Below, piece by piece: positions 25,351 to 39,016 of a stretch of 64,000 nucleotides of DNA; the stretch's first letter is position 1, and each line of letters starts with the position of its first letter. A model generated the notes under the pieces. It saw nothing but the letters and a program-made list of their open reading frames with translations. It was not told where the DNA came from and did not search any database. A program made the translations under genes and the position numbers. The stretch spans positions 139,066,001 to 139,130,000 of the forward strand of contig NC_043000.1 in NCBI RefSeq assembly GCF_006345805.1, written 5' to 3'. The stretch is from Octopus sinensis (lineage: Eukaryota).

Positions 25351-25817
25351 CTGGCATCCATACTAGTGGAGTGGTAAGAGCCCCATCCGAGCATGATCAT
25401 TGCCTGAGCAGCTAGCTAGCTTCCGTGCCGGTGGCACATAAAAAGCAGCATTCGAGCATGATTGTTACCAGAATCGCCTTACTGGCACTTGTGCCAGTGG
25501 CACGTGAAAAAGAATTTGAGCAAGGTTGTTGCCAGTGGCGCTGGGCTGGTTCCTGTGCAGGTGGCATGCAAAAACACCATTTGAGTGTGGCCATTGCCAG
25601 TATCGCCTGACTAGCCCTTGTGCAGGTGGCACGTAAAAGTACCCACTACACTCTCGGAGTGGTTGGCGTTAGGAAGTGCATCCAGCTGTAGAAACTCTGC
25701 CAGATCAGATTGGAGCCTGGTGCAGCCATCTGGTTCACCAGTCATCAGTCAAATCATCCAACCCATGCTAGCATGAAAAGCAGACATTAAACGATGATGA
25801 TTATGATGATGATGATG
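25351..25817 (+). mobile_element. RTE 3'-UTR repeat (family C)
   Basis: Tandem gtgccggtggcac..aaaaagca modules, cactacactctcggagtggttggcgttaggaag block, (TGA)n tail. Confidence 0.85.
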
Positions 25818-26398
25818 ACTCATGAAGATAACTTTATCTTTATATTTGAATAAGTCAAGCCAATGAGTTTGCTGTTCTTTTTACTCTTGCTCTTTGTTAT
25901 TTTTTTTCTTTACTTTTGCTTAATTTTACCCAGTTCTTTTGGGTATTCACCGCTAAAATGTGCTTTAATCTGAAACACGAATCACATGTGTTTCTGCACT
26001 ACTTCATTTATTATGCTACCTTTGCCTTGGTACTTTATACTAGGCTCTAGTTTTTGGAGATCATTAGGATATACAAGTCCATTTTTGAAGTTCCCTGACC
26101 AGATATCGTCTCACATTAGCCCTGCTTTAATGACTCTCCCACACTGTGACACAAAAGTCACAAGTCATGGCTCAATATCTAATGTCTGTTACTGGGATGC
26201 CTACATTTCTTTAACTCGTATACTGGATCATAGACTATGGATCATATACTATGATCCTTAGCTAGATCACAGAGGTATAGTCAGTGTTATGTCTAACAAT
26301 TTTAGTCAGAGCTTTGGCTTCATCTTATTTTTAAGCTTATATCAGAAAGTACTATAACTTTTGCCTCCTTCAGTTGAGATAATTTTTTCTAGTATACC

Positions 26399-26815
26399 CT
26401 CAAGAAGTTATCTTATAAAGAAAGGCTGAAGACTGTCGACCTTTATTCTCTAGAAAAACGCCACCGCCGTGGTGATCTCATTCTTGCTCACAACATCATA
26501 AGTGGAAAGCGTAACCTCTTGAAAGAGCTGTTCTTCACTCCTGCTCCAGAACGTCGGCTGCGGGGTCACTCCGAAAAGCTCTATCTGCGACGATTTCATC
26601 TCAATCGAAGGAGGGGGGCTTTCTCTGTCCGGGTTGTGGATTCGTGGAATAAGCTGCCGGACGAGATGGTGAAGATGCCGACGACTGCTCAGTTCAAAGT
26701 CTCTCTTGACCAGAAATGGCCTGAACTCTTTGCATGAACACCACCCTGTACATAACTCCATGTCCTCCTACATGGCCTTGTTTTTTGCTTTTTGAGCCAA
26801 AAAATTAACTAACTA
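26399..26815 (+). mobile_element. CR1-clade LINE 3' fragment with (AACT)n tail
   Basis: ERLKTVDLYSLEKR.RRGDLI..RGHSEKL..FSVRVVDSWNKLP; tail is split by a SINE. Confidence 0.85.
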
Positions 26816-27212
26816 GGCGCAGGAGTGGCTGTGTAGTAAGTAGCTTGCTAACCAACCACATGGTTCCGGGTTCAGTCCCACTGCGTGGCATCTTGGGCAA
26901 GTGTCTTCTGCTATAGCCCCGGGCCGACCAATGCCTTGTGAGTGGATTTGGTAGACGGAAACTGAAAGAAGCCTGTCGTATATATGTATATATATATGTG
27001 TGTGTGTGTGTCTGTGTTTGTCCCCCTAACATTGCTTGACAACACATGCTGGTGTGTTTACGTCCCCGTCACTTAGCGGTTCAGCAAAAGAGACTGATAG
27101 AATAAGTACTGGGCTTACAAAGAATAAGTCCTGGGGTCGAGTTGCTCGACTAAAGGCAGTGCTCCAGCATGGCCGCAGTCAAATGACTGAAACAAGTAAA
27201 AGAGTAAAGAGT
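26816..27212 (+). mobile_element. SINE family A inserted in the CR1 (AACT)n tail
   Basis: aactaacta on both sides of a full-length SINE. Confidence 0.9.
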
Positions 27213-27844
27213 AACTAACTAACTACCCTGGAGAGCTTGATATACTTGAATTGAGGGGAAAATTTATTCACTTCCATCTATTTATGAGTTGAGATATATA
27301 ATTTTCTTCTTTGCTCTCTCTGAGATTAGTTCCTGTGGCAAAAAATGTTGTTTGGCTTTGCAACATTCTTCCATCTCAATGTTTTTTTTTCTTTTTTTTT
27401 TGATCTGTGATAGATCAAAATGTTTTATCTGGTCATTTCATATTGAAGGAAAGTTTTACATCATACAGCTGCTGCATAAATAGTCAACAGTATTTGGAAT
27501 CCTGTAAGGACCACTGCTGCTATTGCTGTTATCGTTATTGTTGCTGTGAAGGTGTAATGCTTGCATATTCGGTACCATGAATACTTAATGACATTTCCTA
27601 CATGTTTTCATTCTGAGTTCAAATCTTGCTGAAGCTGGCTTTGCCCTTCATCATTTTGGGGTTGTTGAAATAAGTACCAGTTGCATACTAGGGTCGATGT
27701 AATTGAATAACACCCTCCCCACAAATTGCCAGCTTTGTGCTTATCGTTGAAAGGACTATTACTGCTGCTGTCTTCCAAATAAAATATTTAGCTATTTGGA
27801 ACATATTCTTCAATTAATTGCTCATTATACTCTTCATGCTCTTA

Positions 27845-28222
27845 TTCTTTATTCTTTATTCTTTTACTTGTTTCAGTCATTTGACTGAGGCCATGCTGGA
27901 GCACTGCCTTTAGTCGAGCAAATCGATTCTGAGACTTATTCTTTGTAAGCCTAGTACTTATTCTATCAGTCTCTTTTGCCGAACCACTAAATAAACGGGG
28001 ACATAAACACACCAGCATCGGGTGTCACAGATACAAAAAACATACACACACATGCATATATATACATATATGCGATGGGCTTCTTTCAGTTTCCGTCTAC
28101 CAAATCCACTCACAAGGCCTGACGCTATAGTAGAAGACACTTGCTCAAGGTACCATGCAGTGGGACTGAACCTGGAACCATGTGGTTGGTTAGTAAGCTA
28201 CTTACCACACAGCCACTCCTGT
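27845..28222 (-). mobile_element. SINE family A with internal deletions
   Basis: Family A pattern. Confidence 0.85.
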
Positions 28223-28802
28223 GTATATTTACTTATTTATTTCTTTGCTTCCATTTGATGTTGGTTTTTAGCCACTCTAGTTTCTTGTTTGTGTTGCATA
28301 ATTATAGGTGGTAGCCATTTTGGATGTAAAACTGCAATATATGTAAATATAATTTTAAAAGTTTGCAGTAAACTTTTTGATTCTATACGTTAATACCGGA
28401 TACTGAGGGCAGCTCCTACTTAGACAGCTACAGTTCTCTAACAAGTATCATCATTAACATCATTTAACATTCACTTTCCAGGCTGACATGAATAGAACAG
28501 TTTGGCAAAGAACCAGTGAGCTACAGGGTTGTGTCCTGTTACAATGTAATCTTTGGCACAGTTTCTACAGCTGGATATCCTTCCTAATAATAACCATTCT
28601 ACAGAGTCTACTGGGTGCTTTTTGCATACCACCAGCACTAGTGAGATAGTTATATAACTAGCAAGAGAGAAAAGAATAGGGAAAGAGAAGGGAAGGGAGG
28701 AAAAGGTACCCACTACTAAGAAGTACTCTAGAACAATTTCATTTGGAAGTTTAAATAAAACAAACTTCAAAGGGAGAATCAAAAATAATATCTTCAAATA
28801 TA

Positions 28803-29080
28803 ATCTTCTTCTTCTTCTTAATCCTTTATGCCACTTATGGAGCATAGGGATTCAACAGTTGTTTTCCACTTTTTGTGGTCATTGGCATGTTTCTTGACTG
28901 CTTCCCATGTCAGGCCGGTGGTCCTGAGCTTGTCCGAAATGCTCCGCTTCCATGTCTGCTTCGGGTACCCTCGCTTCTTTTTCCCCTGCGGGTTTCAGTC
29001 AAGTGCTTGTCATGTCACATTTGAGGGTTCTTTCCGCAGTGTGTGTCCGATCCATCTCCATTTCCTTCGTCTAATCTGAA
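28803..29080 (-). mobile_element. RTE-clade LINE 3' fragment, (GAA)n tail
   Basis: Minus strand IRRRKWRWIGHTLRK..NPQGKKKRGYPKQTW. Confidence 0.8.
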
Positions 29081-29376
29081 CACTTTTAAATGGGCTGGTT
29101 ATGCAACCCTGGTATTGGCCACAGCTGCGATCACAATACTGTTGTCATATGAATGTTTTTTAATTCAGGTACAAAGCCAGAAACTTTTGTGTGTAGTGGT
29201 TAAGTTGAGACAATCAGCCCCTGCAAAATTGATTGTTAGTTTCTTTTATTGACCCTAGAATGATGTAAAACAAAGTTGATCTTGGTAGGTTTTGAACTCA
29301 GAACATTAAGAACCAGAACAAATAACACAAGGCTTTTTGTCTGATGTTTTATTGATTCTGCCAATCCACTGTCATG

Positions 29377-29437
29377 ATAATGATGATGATGATGATAGTG
29401 GTGGTGGTGGTGATGGCGGTGGTGGTGGTGGTGATGG

Positions 29438-29480
<43 letters not shown>

Positions 29481-29527
29481 AGTGGTGGTGGTGGTGATGG
29501 CGGTGGTGGTGGTGGTGATGGTGATGG

Positions 29528-29564
<37 letters not shown>

Positions 29565-29620
29565 AGTGGTGGTGGTAGTGATGGCGTTGGTGGTGGTGGT
29601 GATGGTGATGGTGGAGGTGG

Positions 29621-29651
<31 letters not shown>

Positions 29652-30013
29652 ATTGGTGGTGACAATGTCGACAACAACGGGCATCGGTGGTGGTGGTAGT
29701 GGTGGGGATGGAAATGATGGAGCTGGTGGGATGAGGATGCCTATGTCAGTGTTAGTGGTGGTAGTATTGACGATGACGACGACGATGATGATGATGATGA
29801 TGATGATGACGACGACGATGATGATGATGACGACGATGATGATGATGAAGATGATGATGATGACGACGATGATGATGATGAAGATGAAGATGATGATGAT
29901 GATGACGACGATGATGATGACGACGATGATGATGATGATGATGATGATGACGACGACGATGATGATGATGATGATGATGATGATGAAGATGATGATGATG
30001 ATGATGATGATGA
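29377..30013. repeat. (GAT)/(GGT)/(GAC) compound trinucleotide array with higher-order units
   Basis: gatagtggtggtggtggtgatggcg unit recurs three times. Confidence 0.95.
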
Positions 30014-31271
30014 TTAACAAATAGAAAATGCCAAATCTTATCACAGCAAGCATGAATTAATAACAAAATATTTGCTGCTTTCGAAATATGCAAACACATT
30101 CCATTTGTTCTATAGTAATAACTGTGTACAAACATATCAACAAGCCCTGTTGCACAAAAGTATACATTTAAATAAATCATACGGGAATACAACACACACA
30201 CACACACCATCATCATTATCATCATCATCATCGTCATCATCTTTATCAACAAGTAATGGTTTGCCTTTGACTCTTGTAGAAATCTGCATTCATTAGTGCA
30301 CCTGTCTACCGATTCCTTTCCCAACTGTCATTCTACATTTGCATTGCAAGATGTGATTTCAAATATTTACGCTTAAATATGTCTTCACATTTCAGTACAT
30401 GAGAGAGATCTTGCTCTGGTATGTAACCCTCTCCAAGGAAATCAATTTGCACAGCTTCTTCACTAATAACTTACATATATAAATATTCCTGAATTCCCAG
30501 TGCAATTATTGCATATAATTATCTGTGTTTTATTACATGTATTATTCTAGTTATGTCGTGTGTTTGATATAGTTTACAAATAAAAGGTGTGTTAGAAAAG
30601 ATGCACTCACAGACAGCATACGCAGGTCAAACCTACCTCATAGTATGTGGTTGTAACTTATTTATTAAATAAGCAGAAGAATAAGACTTTAAAGCAGAGT
30701 GAGCAAGGATTGTATAAATTTAATATCTGTCTTAAAATGTATTTGATAATTTATTTCACATATAGAGTGTAACATTTCAATTTTAGCATGTGTATGTGTG
30801 TTTAAAATCTGAAATATTGTCCAAATTTAATTATCGAAATTGGTTTAATATTCTCTTTATTAATTTCTGTGTTATACATCTTCCACTAAAGTTTGGAGTT
30901 ATAATACACCTGGAGCCAATTTCAACCATCGTCTCACCAAGGTTAATAAAACTAGTGAACTAGTAGCACTAATATTGTTAACTAATTGCGTTCAACTGTA
31001 CTTTGGATATATTTAAGAATAACACAGACACACACACACAGACACACACACACACACACATACACACATACACACACACACACCAGAAAACCAGGCATGG
31101 CAGCATGGTTAAAAATTTCACTTTACAACAAGATGGTTTTGGCTTCTGTCCCACTGTGCAGCTGCTAAAATTATATGACATGAGGCTGTTGGGGCCTGTC
31201 TGCATAGGCATTGATAGTTGATAGCCCTGTTCTTGGTTACCAACCACCAATAATATTACATTTTAATAATA

Positions 31272-31420
31272 AGATGGCGAGCTGGCAGAACCATTAGCAT
31301 GAAAGGCAAAATGCTTAGCAATATTTTATCTGTCTTTACATTCTGAGTTCAAATTCTGTTGATGTCGACTTTGCCTTTCATCCTTCTGGGGTCAATAAAA
31401 TAAGTAGTAGTAGAACATTG
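31272..31420 (+). mobile_element. SINE family B (5' part; remainder continues after 33340), host of the foldback insertion
   Basis: gatggcgagctggcagaa head, ctgagttcaaattc B box; continues as ggggttgatttaattgac after the insert. Confidence 0.75.
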
Positions 31421-33339
31421 GGTTAATATAGGGCGTAACAAATATCAGAAAATCAAAAAAAAAATGTGTGTAATAGGTGTAAAACAACTTCCTATGAACG
31501 AATATGAAAAAAAAAATTCGCGCACGCGAAAGGGGGGTGGGGGAGAGGCCTCGGAAAATTCACATCGGGAAGTTCCGAAAGCGTCTGAGGAGCTGACCCG
31601 GGCACCAAAACAAAAAAAAAATAGTGTAATATGTGTAAAACAACTTGCTCTAAACGAATATGACAAAAAAAAATGCGCTTTCGCGAAAGAGGGGTGGGGG
31701 AGAGGCCTCGGAATATTTATATCGGGAATTTCCGAAAGCGTCTGAACCGGGCACAAAAACAAAAACAGCGTAATAGGTGTTAAAACAACTTGCTCTAAAC
31801 GACTATCATGAAAAAAATGCGCGCTCGCGAAAGGGGGGTGGGGGAGAGGCTTCGGAAATTTCACATCTTCAGTCCACGGCCTTTAAACTAAGAAAAAATA
31901 GTGTAATTGGTGTAAAACTACTTGTTCTAAACGAGGATCAAGAACACACACTCACACATGAATCATAAACTCCGTATTTCGCAAAAAAAAAAATAATAAA
32001 GAGAAGAAATTCTGGAAAAAGTGAAGAAATGTTGGATCTCCGCCATGTGAATCAAAATACGTGTCAGAAACATCTTGAAATACTACAGAAATTATGTTAC
32101 GAAAATGATAATGTATACATACCTCTTTGAGTGGTCAATCGATAATGATGATAAAGAAATGAGTTGGATTTGAACTCAGAATATTGACTAACACAACTAC
32201 ATACTACAAGACTCAAAATATTCAGCCAAGTCACCACCCTTTAACTAGCAATAATAATAACATCAATAACATAACAGCCAAAAGATTTATTTGTTCTGAA
32301 AATAACAATCATAGTAAATAAATATGTTCTTTAATATTCACATTCATGTGCACAGTTAAACACACTTACATACAAACAGTCACGCATGCATAATACAGAA
32401 CGGAACACATAAATGAAGGATGCATTACTTAGTATATATTACATCTAGAGAATTTTGATTAATAAGTCAAATATGCAAATTATAAAGATAATTAATTGCT
32501 TTACTAAACAGTGTTGTGAAGGTGAAAAAATAAATTTGGGAAAAAAATACACGCCAAAACTAATTAATAAAGGATAATTAGGGAAGGATTGACACAAAAT
32601 AATAATTTTTCTGTCTCTTTTTTTCTGATATATGCATCTTAATAAGTGAGAAGAATTGCATATATCTGAACTATTTCAAAGAAAAGCATAAATTTAATGT
32701 TTAAAATAGCTTTAACCAAGGAATGAGATCCAACATTTCTTCACTTTTTCCAGAATTTCTTCTCTTTTTTTTTTTTTTGCGAAATACGGAGTTTATGATT
32801 CATGTGTGAGTGTGTGTTCTTGATCCTCGTTTAGAACAAGTAGTTTTACACCAATTACACTATTTTTTCTTAGTTTAAAGGCCGTGGACTGAAGATGTGA
32901 AATTTCCGAAGCCTCTCCCCCACCCCCCTTTCGCGAGCGCGCATTTTTTTCATGATAGTCGTTTAGAGCAAGTTGTTTTACACCTATTACGCTGTTTTTG
33001 TTTTTGTGCCCGGTTCAGACGCTTTCGGAAATTCCCGATATAAATATTCCAAGGCCTCTCCCCCACCCCTCTTTCGCGAAAGCGCATTTTTTTTTGTCAT
33101 ATTCGTTTAGAGCAAGTTGTTTTACATATATTACACTATTTTTTTTTTGTTTTGGTGCCCGGGTCAGCTCCTCAGACGCTTTCGGAACTTCCCGATGTGA
33201 ATTTTCCGAGGCCTCTCCCCCACCCCCCTTTCGCGTGCGCGAATATTTTTTTTCATATTCGTTCATAGGAAGTTGTTTTACACCTATTACACACATTTTT
33301 TTTTTGATTTTCTGATATTTGTTACGCCCTATATTAACC
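31421..33339. mobile_element. Non-autonomous foldback DNA transposon: ~620-bp TIRs, 8-bp TSD GAACATTG (Merlin- or MULE-like)
   Basis: TIRs 31421-32040 and 32725-33339 are near-perfect inverted copies starting GGTTAATATAGGGCG; GAACATTG at 31413-31420 and 33340-33347; no transposase in the 684-bp spacer. Confidence 0.9.
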
Positions 33340-33659
33340 GAACATTGGGGTTGATTTAATTGACTCAGCCCCCTCTCCCAAACCCTCTAGTCTTTTGCCA
33401 AAATTTGAAACCAATATTACATTCAAACAAACTACTGAGAGCCAGATGAGCATACTAAATTGGTTTGCTACAGCATGGAAAAATCTTGTAGCCAAAACTG
33501 AAATTTTCATCTCAGCAAAAAAACTATAGGCTTATTACTTTCCTAAATATTATGTTCAAGCTTTACACAAGCCATCTTAACTAATCGTTTGAAGATCACT
33601 GAAGATCAATAATATGGTGACTGATGAGCAAACAAGGGAAAGAAGGACATGTAGGGATT

Positions 33660-33860
33660 ATTAACCATGGTTCACTTCCTGCGTTCATAACACTTCATCA
33701 ACCAAGAAGGTGAAAGCTTCAGTGAAGGTGTTTTTTGCCTCAGAGTACAGGAACTGGTTATCAGCTTGGGATCAAAGAACTGGAAGAAAAGTTGCTTCAA
33801 ACAGTGCAACGCAATGTCCTCAACATTGAATGCTTGGCTGCTCTTGTAACTTGATGAATA
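33660..33860 (+). pseudogene. Possible decayed LTR-retrotransposon gag fragment
   Basis: Frameshifted FINQEGESFSEGVFCLR then QLGIKELEEKLLQ resembles the gag Q..GES...F..RL..LEE.L motif; weak. Confidence 0.25.
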
Positions 33861-34443
33861 GAACAAATATTGTAACCAATATACATATGTGTTTGTTTTG
33901 GGGCATAATCTTAATTTTTAATTAGAATTCAATTCAAATCAATAATAGATCAAGAGTTTTACAGAGACTATCATATACATAAATCATTTATGAGTTAAAG
34001 ACTTCGCTTTTGTGCACAGACATGAACTTTGTTTATCATAATTACTAATAAAAAATGTCTGAATAGTTCATGTCAGCTGAAAGGAAGAGTGGGTCGGTAC
34101 ATAAATACAGGAATAGTAATAAATCATTTAGCTACTTCAAGTATTATCTACCAAGAATAATCCGTACAAGGAAGGTAGATCTTTGACTAAACAGTTGGTC
34201 TATAATACCAAGAGCTCTATGGAGTATGTTGTTGTTGAGCCAGGTTGTTTAGGCATATACAATACTCAGTTATCAAAGTAGTCCTTTCACTTACATCTTA
34301 AAAAATGGTGCTATTTCTCTTAGAAAGATATAACGAAAATAATCACAAGAGAACCTTAAAGACTGAGACAATTTCGTGACCAACATCATTGAAGTGTCAT
34401 CATCATCATCACCACCATCACCATCACCACCACCACCACCACC

Positions 34444-34505
<62 letters not shown>

Positions 34506-35600
34506 TTAGTTATATGAGTCTTTTCTATGAGTTGTTTCTATATTCTCTAACATATATATTACACTCTCGGAGTGGTTGCCATTAAGAAGGGTATCCAGCT
34601 GTAGAAACTCTGCCAGATCAAGACATGAGTAAATTGGAAAATATGAGAGAATTCAACTGAGACTGTACAAACTACCAAATTATTTACCACTCTCCAGACT
34701 CCAGAGAATTAGTTATTTAAACATTTACTACTTTCTTTGACATTATAGTCTCATAACCTCGTAAATGCTGTAGTAAGCTGCTGTACCAAGGGGAAGGTAT
34801 AGTTACACAACTTGTGGTGTTATGAAAACTCACAATATGTCAGTCATTTCGCCAACACTACATTTGATAATGCAACTTTAGAGTTTTCACTAATTAGCTA
34901 GTATTTACTTGTATCTGTGGGGGGAAATATCGAGAATGGTAGAATAATTTTAAATATCTAACCTATTCATCTCCAAACTCATACAATAACTGTGACATAG
35001 TGCTTATGAGTGTTGAAATTCAAAATTGTAACCCAGCTTGAGGACAGATTTATATTTAGAAAACAACACCTGTAACCGACCAGTGAATGAATCGGTTTAA
35101 TGAAGTGTATTGTCCAAAAAGGATACAAAAGATGAGGTTAATAGTTCAAAAATGCTAATGTTATTTTTGCAACAACACAGCTAATGATTTTAGATATAAT
35201 TTACAATGCTGTACAATGTGTGTATGGGTATCTATGAGTGTGAGCATGTGTGAGTGTTTAGTCATGGGGAAAAAAGAATGCTTAGGTTTAATTAAGTGGT
35301 ATGTAAGGAACAAAGAGCTAACAAAGTGATAACTTCCTCTCTACAGGGGAAATATAACTTTAGAATTTGTGTAGGTATAGCTGTGTGGTTAAGAATCTCA
35401 ATTTGCAGCTTTTTGTCTTTCAGTTTGATCCCACTGGACAGCAAGTCACCTTTGGAAAGTAGCTTCTGTAATAGCCTTGGATTAACCAGTAATTAATGTG
35501 TGACACATTTGGTAAATTGATGCACAACAGAAATACACACTCATACACAGACAGACATGTGTGTGCATGAATATGCATGTGCATATATATATATATATAT

Positions 35601-35824
35601 TATATCAAATTAGAGACAAAACCACTATTATGCAAATAAAGTGGTTATTCATATGTTATATTTTAATTTATATAAATTATTTTATGTATTGGATTAAGTC
35701 TTTCTTTGTTTGATTTGCATAACAGTGGTTTTGTCTCTAATTTGATATATAATATTTTACTATAAAATTGGATTCAATCTTAAATCTGATTTTTCCTTGT
35801 AAATTTGGATTTATTCCATAATAT

Positions 35825-35840
<16 letters not shown>
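35601..35840. mobile_element. Hairpin-type repeat (37-bp inverted arms) between TA tracts, probably PLE-derived
   Basis: Arms 35601-35637 and 35713-35749; related sequence at 41352-41420. Confidence 0.6.
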
Positions 35841-35855
<15 letters not shown>

Positions 35856-35856
35856 T

Positions 35857-36070
35857 AATCAGTGGATGCATGCAGTTGTCGAGTGGTACCCGCGTGAGCG
35901 GAAAAGACCACCCGGAAGACCTCCACGACGGTGGAATTACGATTTCAAGAGGACGATTGGGATCACGTGGATGAGAAAGGCACGATCCAGAGAGGAGTGG
36001 ACAGCGTGCTGTGACCAGTGGTGTCAAATGGACGCCTGACGGACTGGTCGGTCAAAGTGAAGTGAAGTGA
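35857..36070 (+). mobile_element. RTE-clade LINE 3' end, (AAGTG)n tail
   Basis: WYPRERKRPPGRPPRRWNYDFKRTIGITWMRKARSREEW. Confidence 0.85.
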
Positions 36071-36574
36071 TATATATATATTTGCACATGCATATTCATG
36101 CACATACAGACACATACATGTATGTATGTATCTACAAAGAAATATGTTCAGTTTCTCTCTACTAAATCTACTCACAAGGCTTTGGTCAGCCCTGGGCAAT
36201 AGTAGAAGACACTTGCTGAAGGTACTACATACGTGGATTGAACCTAAAACCACCTGGAAAGAAAGCAACAGGTATGGCTGTGCAATTCTTAACCGCATAG
36301 CCATACTGGTTTCTATAGTATTTTTTGCAGTTAATTTTTTGCATACTTCATTTATTGAAAGACATTACTTGTTAAACTATAGTTACAAATGTTTCTATCA
36401 TCTGAGTGCATGAAAAATGGTATCTTTGCTAACCAATAGGTTAGAGGAAGGTGGGTACACACATGCCAGCTGAGCGGTTCTTTTAATATCTGGATTAGAT
36501 TAAAGTATCTGGCTACAACATTTGGTTATATGAGTCTTTTCTATGAGTTGTTTCTATATTCTCTAACATATATA

Positions 36575-36735
36575 CTACACTCTCGGAGTGGTTGGCATTA
36601 GGAAGGGCATCCAGCCATAGAAACTCTGCCAGATCAAGATTGGAGCCTGGTGCAGCCATCTGGTTCGCCAGTCCTCAGTCAAATCGTCCAACCCATGCTA
36701 GCATGGAAAGCAGACGTTAAACAATGATGATGATA

Positions 36736-36772
<37 letters not shown>

Positions 36773-36773
36773 C
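36575..36773 (+). mobile_element. RTE 3'-UTR repeat (family C), terminal block
   Basis: acactctcggagtgg..gacgttaaacaa(tga)n. Confidence 0.85.
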
Positions 36774-38084
36774 ACTCTCTCTCTGTTTGTTGGTTCATAT
36801 GTTCAATTATTTGATGCCAAAATTAAAGTTACATTGCCAGAAATTTAACAGGCATTAAAATAGTTCTTGTGTATCAAGATTATTGTCCTAAGACTTGAGA
36901 GATGCATCAAACTCATGTTATTCTTTAACAATATTTTTGATTCTCAGTTTAATAAAGCTTCTTACAAAAAAGATTTCTTCCTTCACTAATATTAAAACAG
37001 ATGATACGAATAATTATTTGCTTTTTGCAGAATTTTCTGTAGCTCACTTGAATATATCTTACCAATTTGGAAGTAAATGAAATTAGTTGCAAGTTATAAT
37101 TGTCTTTCCTTTGTTATATTAATTAAACATCATTACCTGACCCAATAGTGTGGCAGAAATCAAATTTGCAAGCAAAAAATTCATTCTCTTTATTTTTGAT
37201 AATAACCCTATTTTAAATCAATTCAAAGAATTTAGAAAGTCAGCAAGTGATGAGATAAAACCAATCTCTGTCTTCCTTGAATTCACAATTTGATGAATCA
37301 AAATAAACCGATGGTCTTTAATTTAAAATTTCTTTGTGTATTTTTGTCATCTTCTAAGGAATCTTAAAATTTCATCTCTATCTACTGCTATCAATATGCT
37401 TATTTCAGATTAGCCCTAAGCAACTACATAATCAGCAATCTGCTTATCCTAAGGTGATTGTTAATTATTAAGAGCAGGGAAGCTTTCAAGTCTCTATTTT
37501 GGATACTCGCCTTCTGCAATTTTGGTTAATAAATAAAATTCTTGCTTTCATTTTTCACTTGAAATGATGTATCGGTGCTAATTCATTGTTCCCTCCCAGT
37601 TTTTCATAGCTGATCTCTTCCTTCAACTATGCTAGAAGGCTTCATTGTCTTCCTTCTATTTTGAATAATTTCTATAACTTTCATAGATTTGCCTGTGTGC
37701 AATCAATGTTAAGAAACATTGTGGTTGGCTTAGATTACAAATGTCCCTGAAGAATGTATATCCCTGTGTTAAACAAAGCATCAATAATCATGCAAGTTGA
37801 TAATGAAATATTTTGATATTATCAAATTAGCTGACACAAAGATCCTTCAATTGCAAATATTTCTAACAAAGTGTTCCTGCTAAAATGTGCAGAAAATTTG
37901 CCATACTGCATTTTATTATAGCTTGTCTAAAACTTACTTTAAGCATGAATACCAGATGAGCAGGTAATATAACTTTTCAGCAATATGTAGGAATATTTAT
38001 GCTATTATTCTTTATTAGTGAATGAAGTGACTGTGTTTAATTCTATGGAGAAGACAATACATAACTTCACAGCACTAAATGTTT

Positions 38085-38385
38085 GTGGAGGCACATGGCC
38101 TAGTGGTTAGAGCAGCTGACTCGTGGTTGTGGGATCATGGGTTCAAATCTCAGACCAGACAATGTGTGTGTTTATGAGCAAAACACCTAAGCTCCACGCG
38201 GCTCCAGCAGAAGGTAATGACAAAATTCTGCTGAGTCTTTCACCACAACTTTCTCTCACTCTTTCCTCCTGTATCTTGCAGCTCACCTGTGACGGACTGG
38301 CATCCCATCCAGGTGGGGAACCTATACGCCAGGGAAACCAGGAAACTGGCCCTTATGAGCCAGGCCTGGCTCGAGAACAAACAAA
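38085..38385 (+). mobile_element. tRNA-derived V-domain-like SINE, full length
   Basis: tggcctagtggttagagc / ggttcaaatctc A/B boxes and gacggactggcatcccatccaggtgg segment. Confidence 0.8.
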
Positions 38386-38785
38386 AAAAAAACACTTAAT
38401 GTTTCATAAGAAAAGAAAAAAAGTCCAATAATTTAATGGACCTGTATATAGGATAAGATGATTACTGATTGTCTTAAATGAACTAGCAAGGGAGACTTGC
38501 TGCAGTTGCTAGACTTGCTATGAAATGCAGTCAAAATTATATTTCAAATTATACCCTACCAGTCATCTAGCATAAAAAGGAATACAATGTCAATTAGCAT
38601 AACAAAGGAAAGACAGGTGCATCATGGCTGTATGGTAAGAAGTTTGCTTCCCAACCACGTGGTCCCAGGTTCAGTCACACTGCATGGAATTTTGGGCAAA
38701 CTGTCTTTAAACGGCGGTGCATCAGCATGGCCATGGCTCTGAGCTGAAACTAGAGTAAAAAAAAAAATAAATAAATAAATAAATA

Positions 38786-39016
38786 TATTTCTTTACTAGC
38801 CACAAGGAGCTAAACACAGAGGGGACAAACAAGGACAGACAAACGGATTAAGTCGATTACATCGACCCCAGTGCATAACTGGTACTTAATTTATCGACCC
38901 CGAATGGGTGAAAGGCAAAGTCGACCTCGGCGGAATTTGAACTCAGAACGTAACGGCAGATGAAATACGGCTATGCATTTCGCCCGGCGTGCTAACGTTT
39001 CTGCCAGCTCGCCACC
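38786..39016 (-). mobile_element. SINE family B, full length
   Basis: Reverse complement of the family B pattern. Confidence 0.9.

Noticed and set aside
30638-30660. CTACCTCA, complement of the let-7 seed
   Set aside because: Only 8 nt match; the remainder is not let-7 and there is no precursor hairpin
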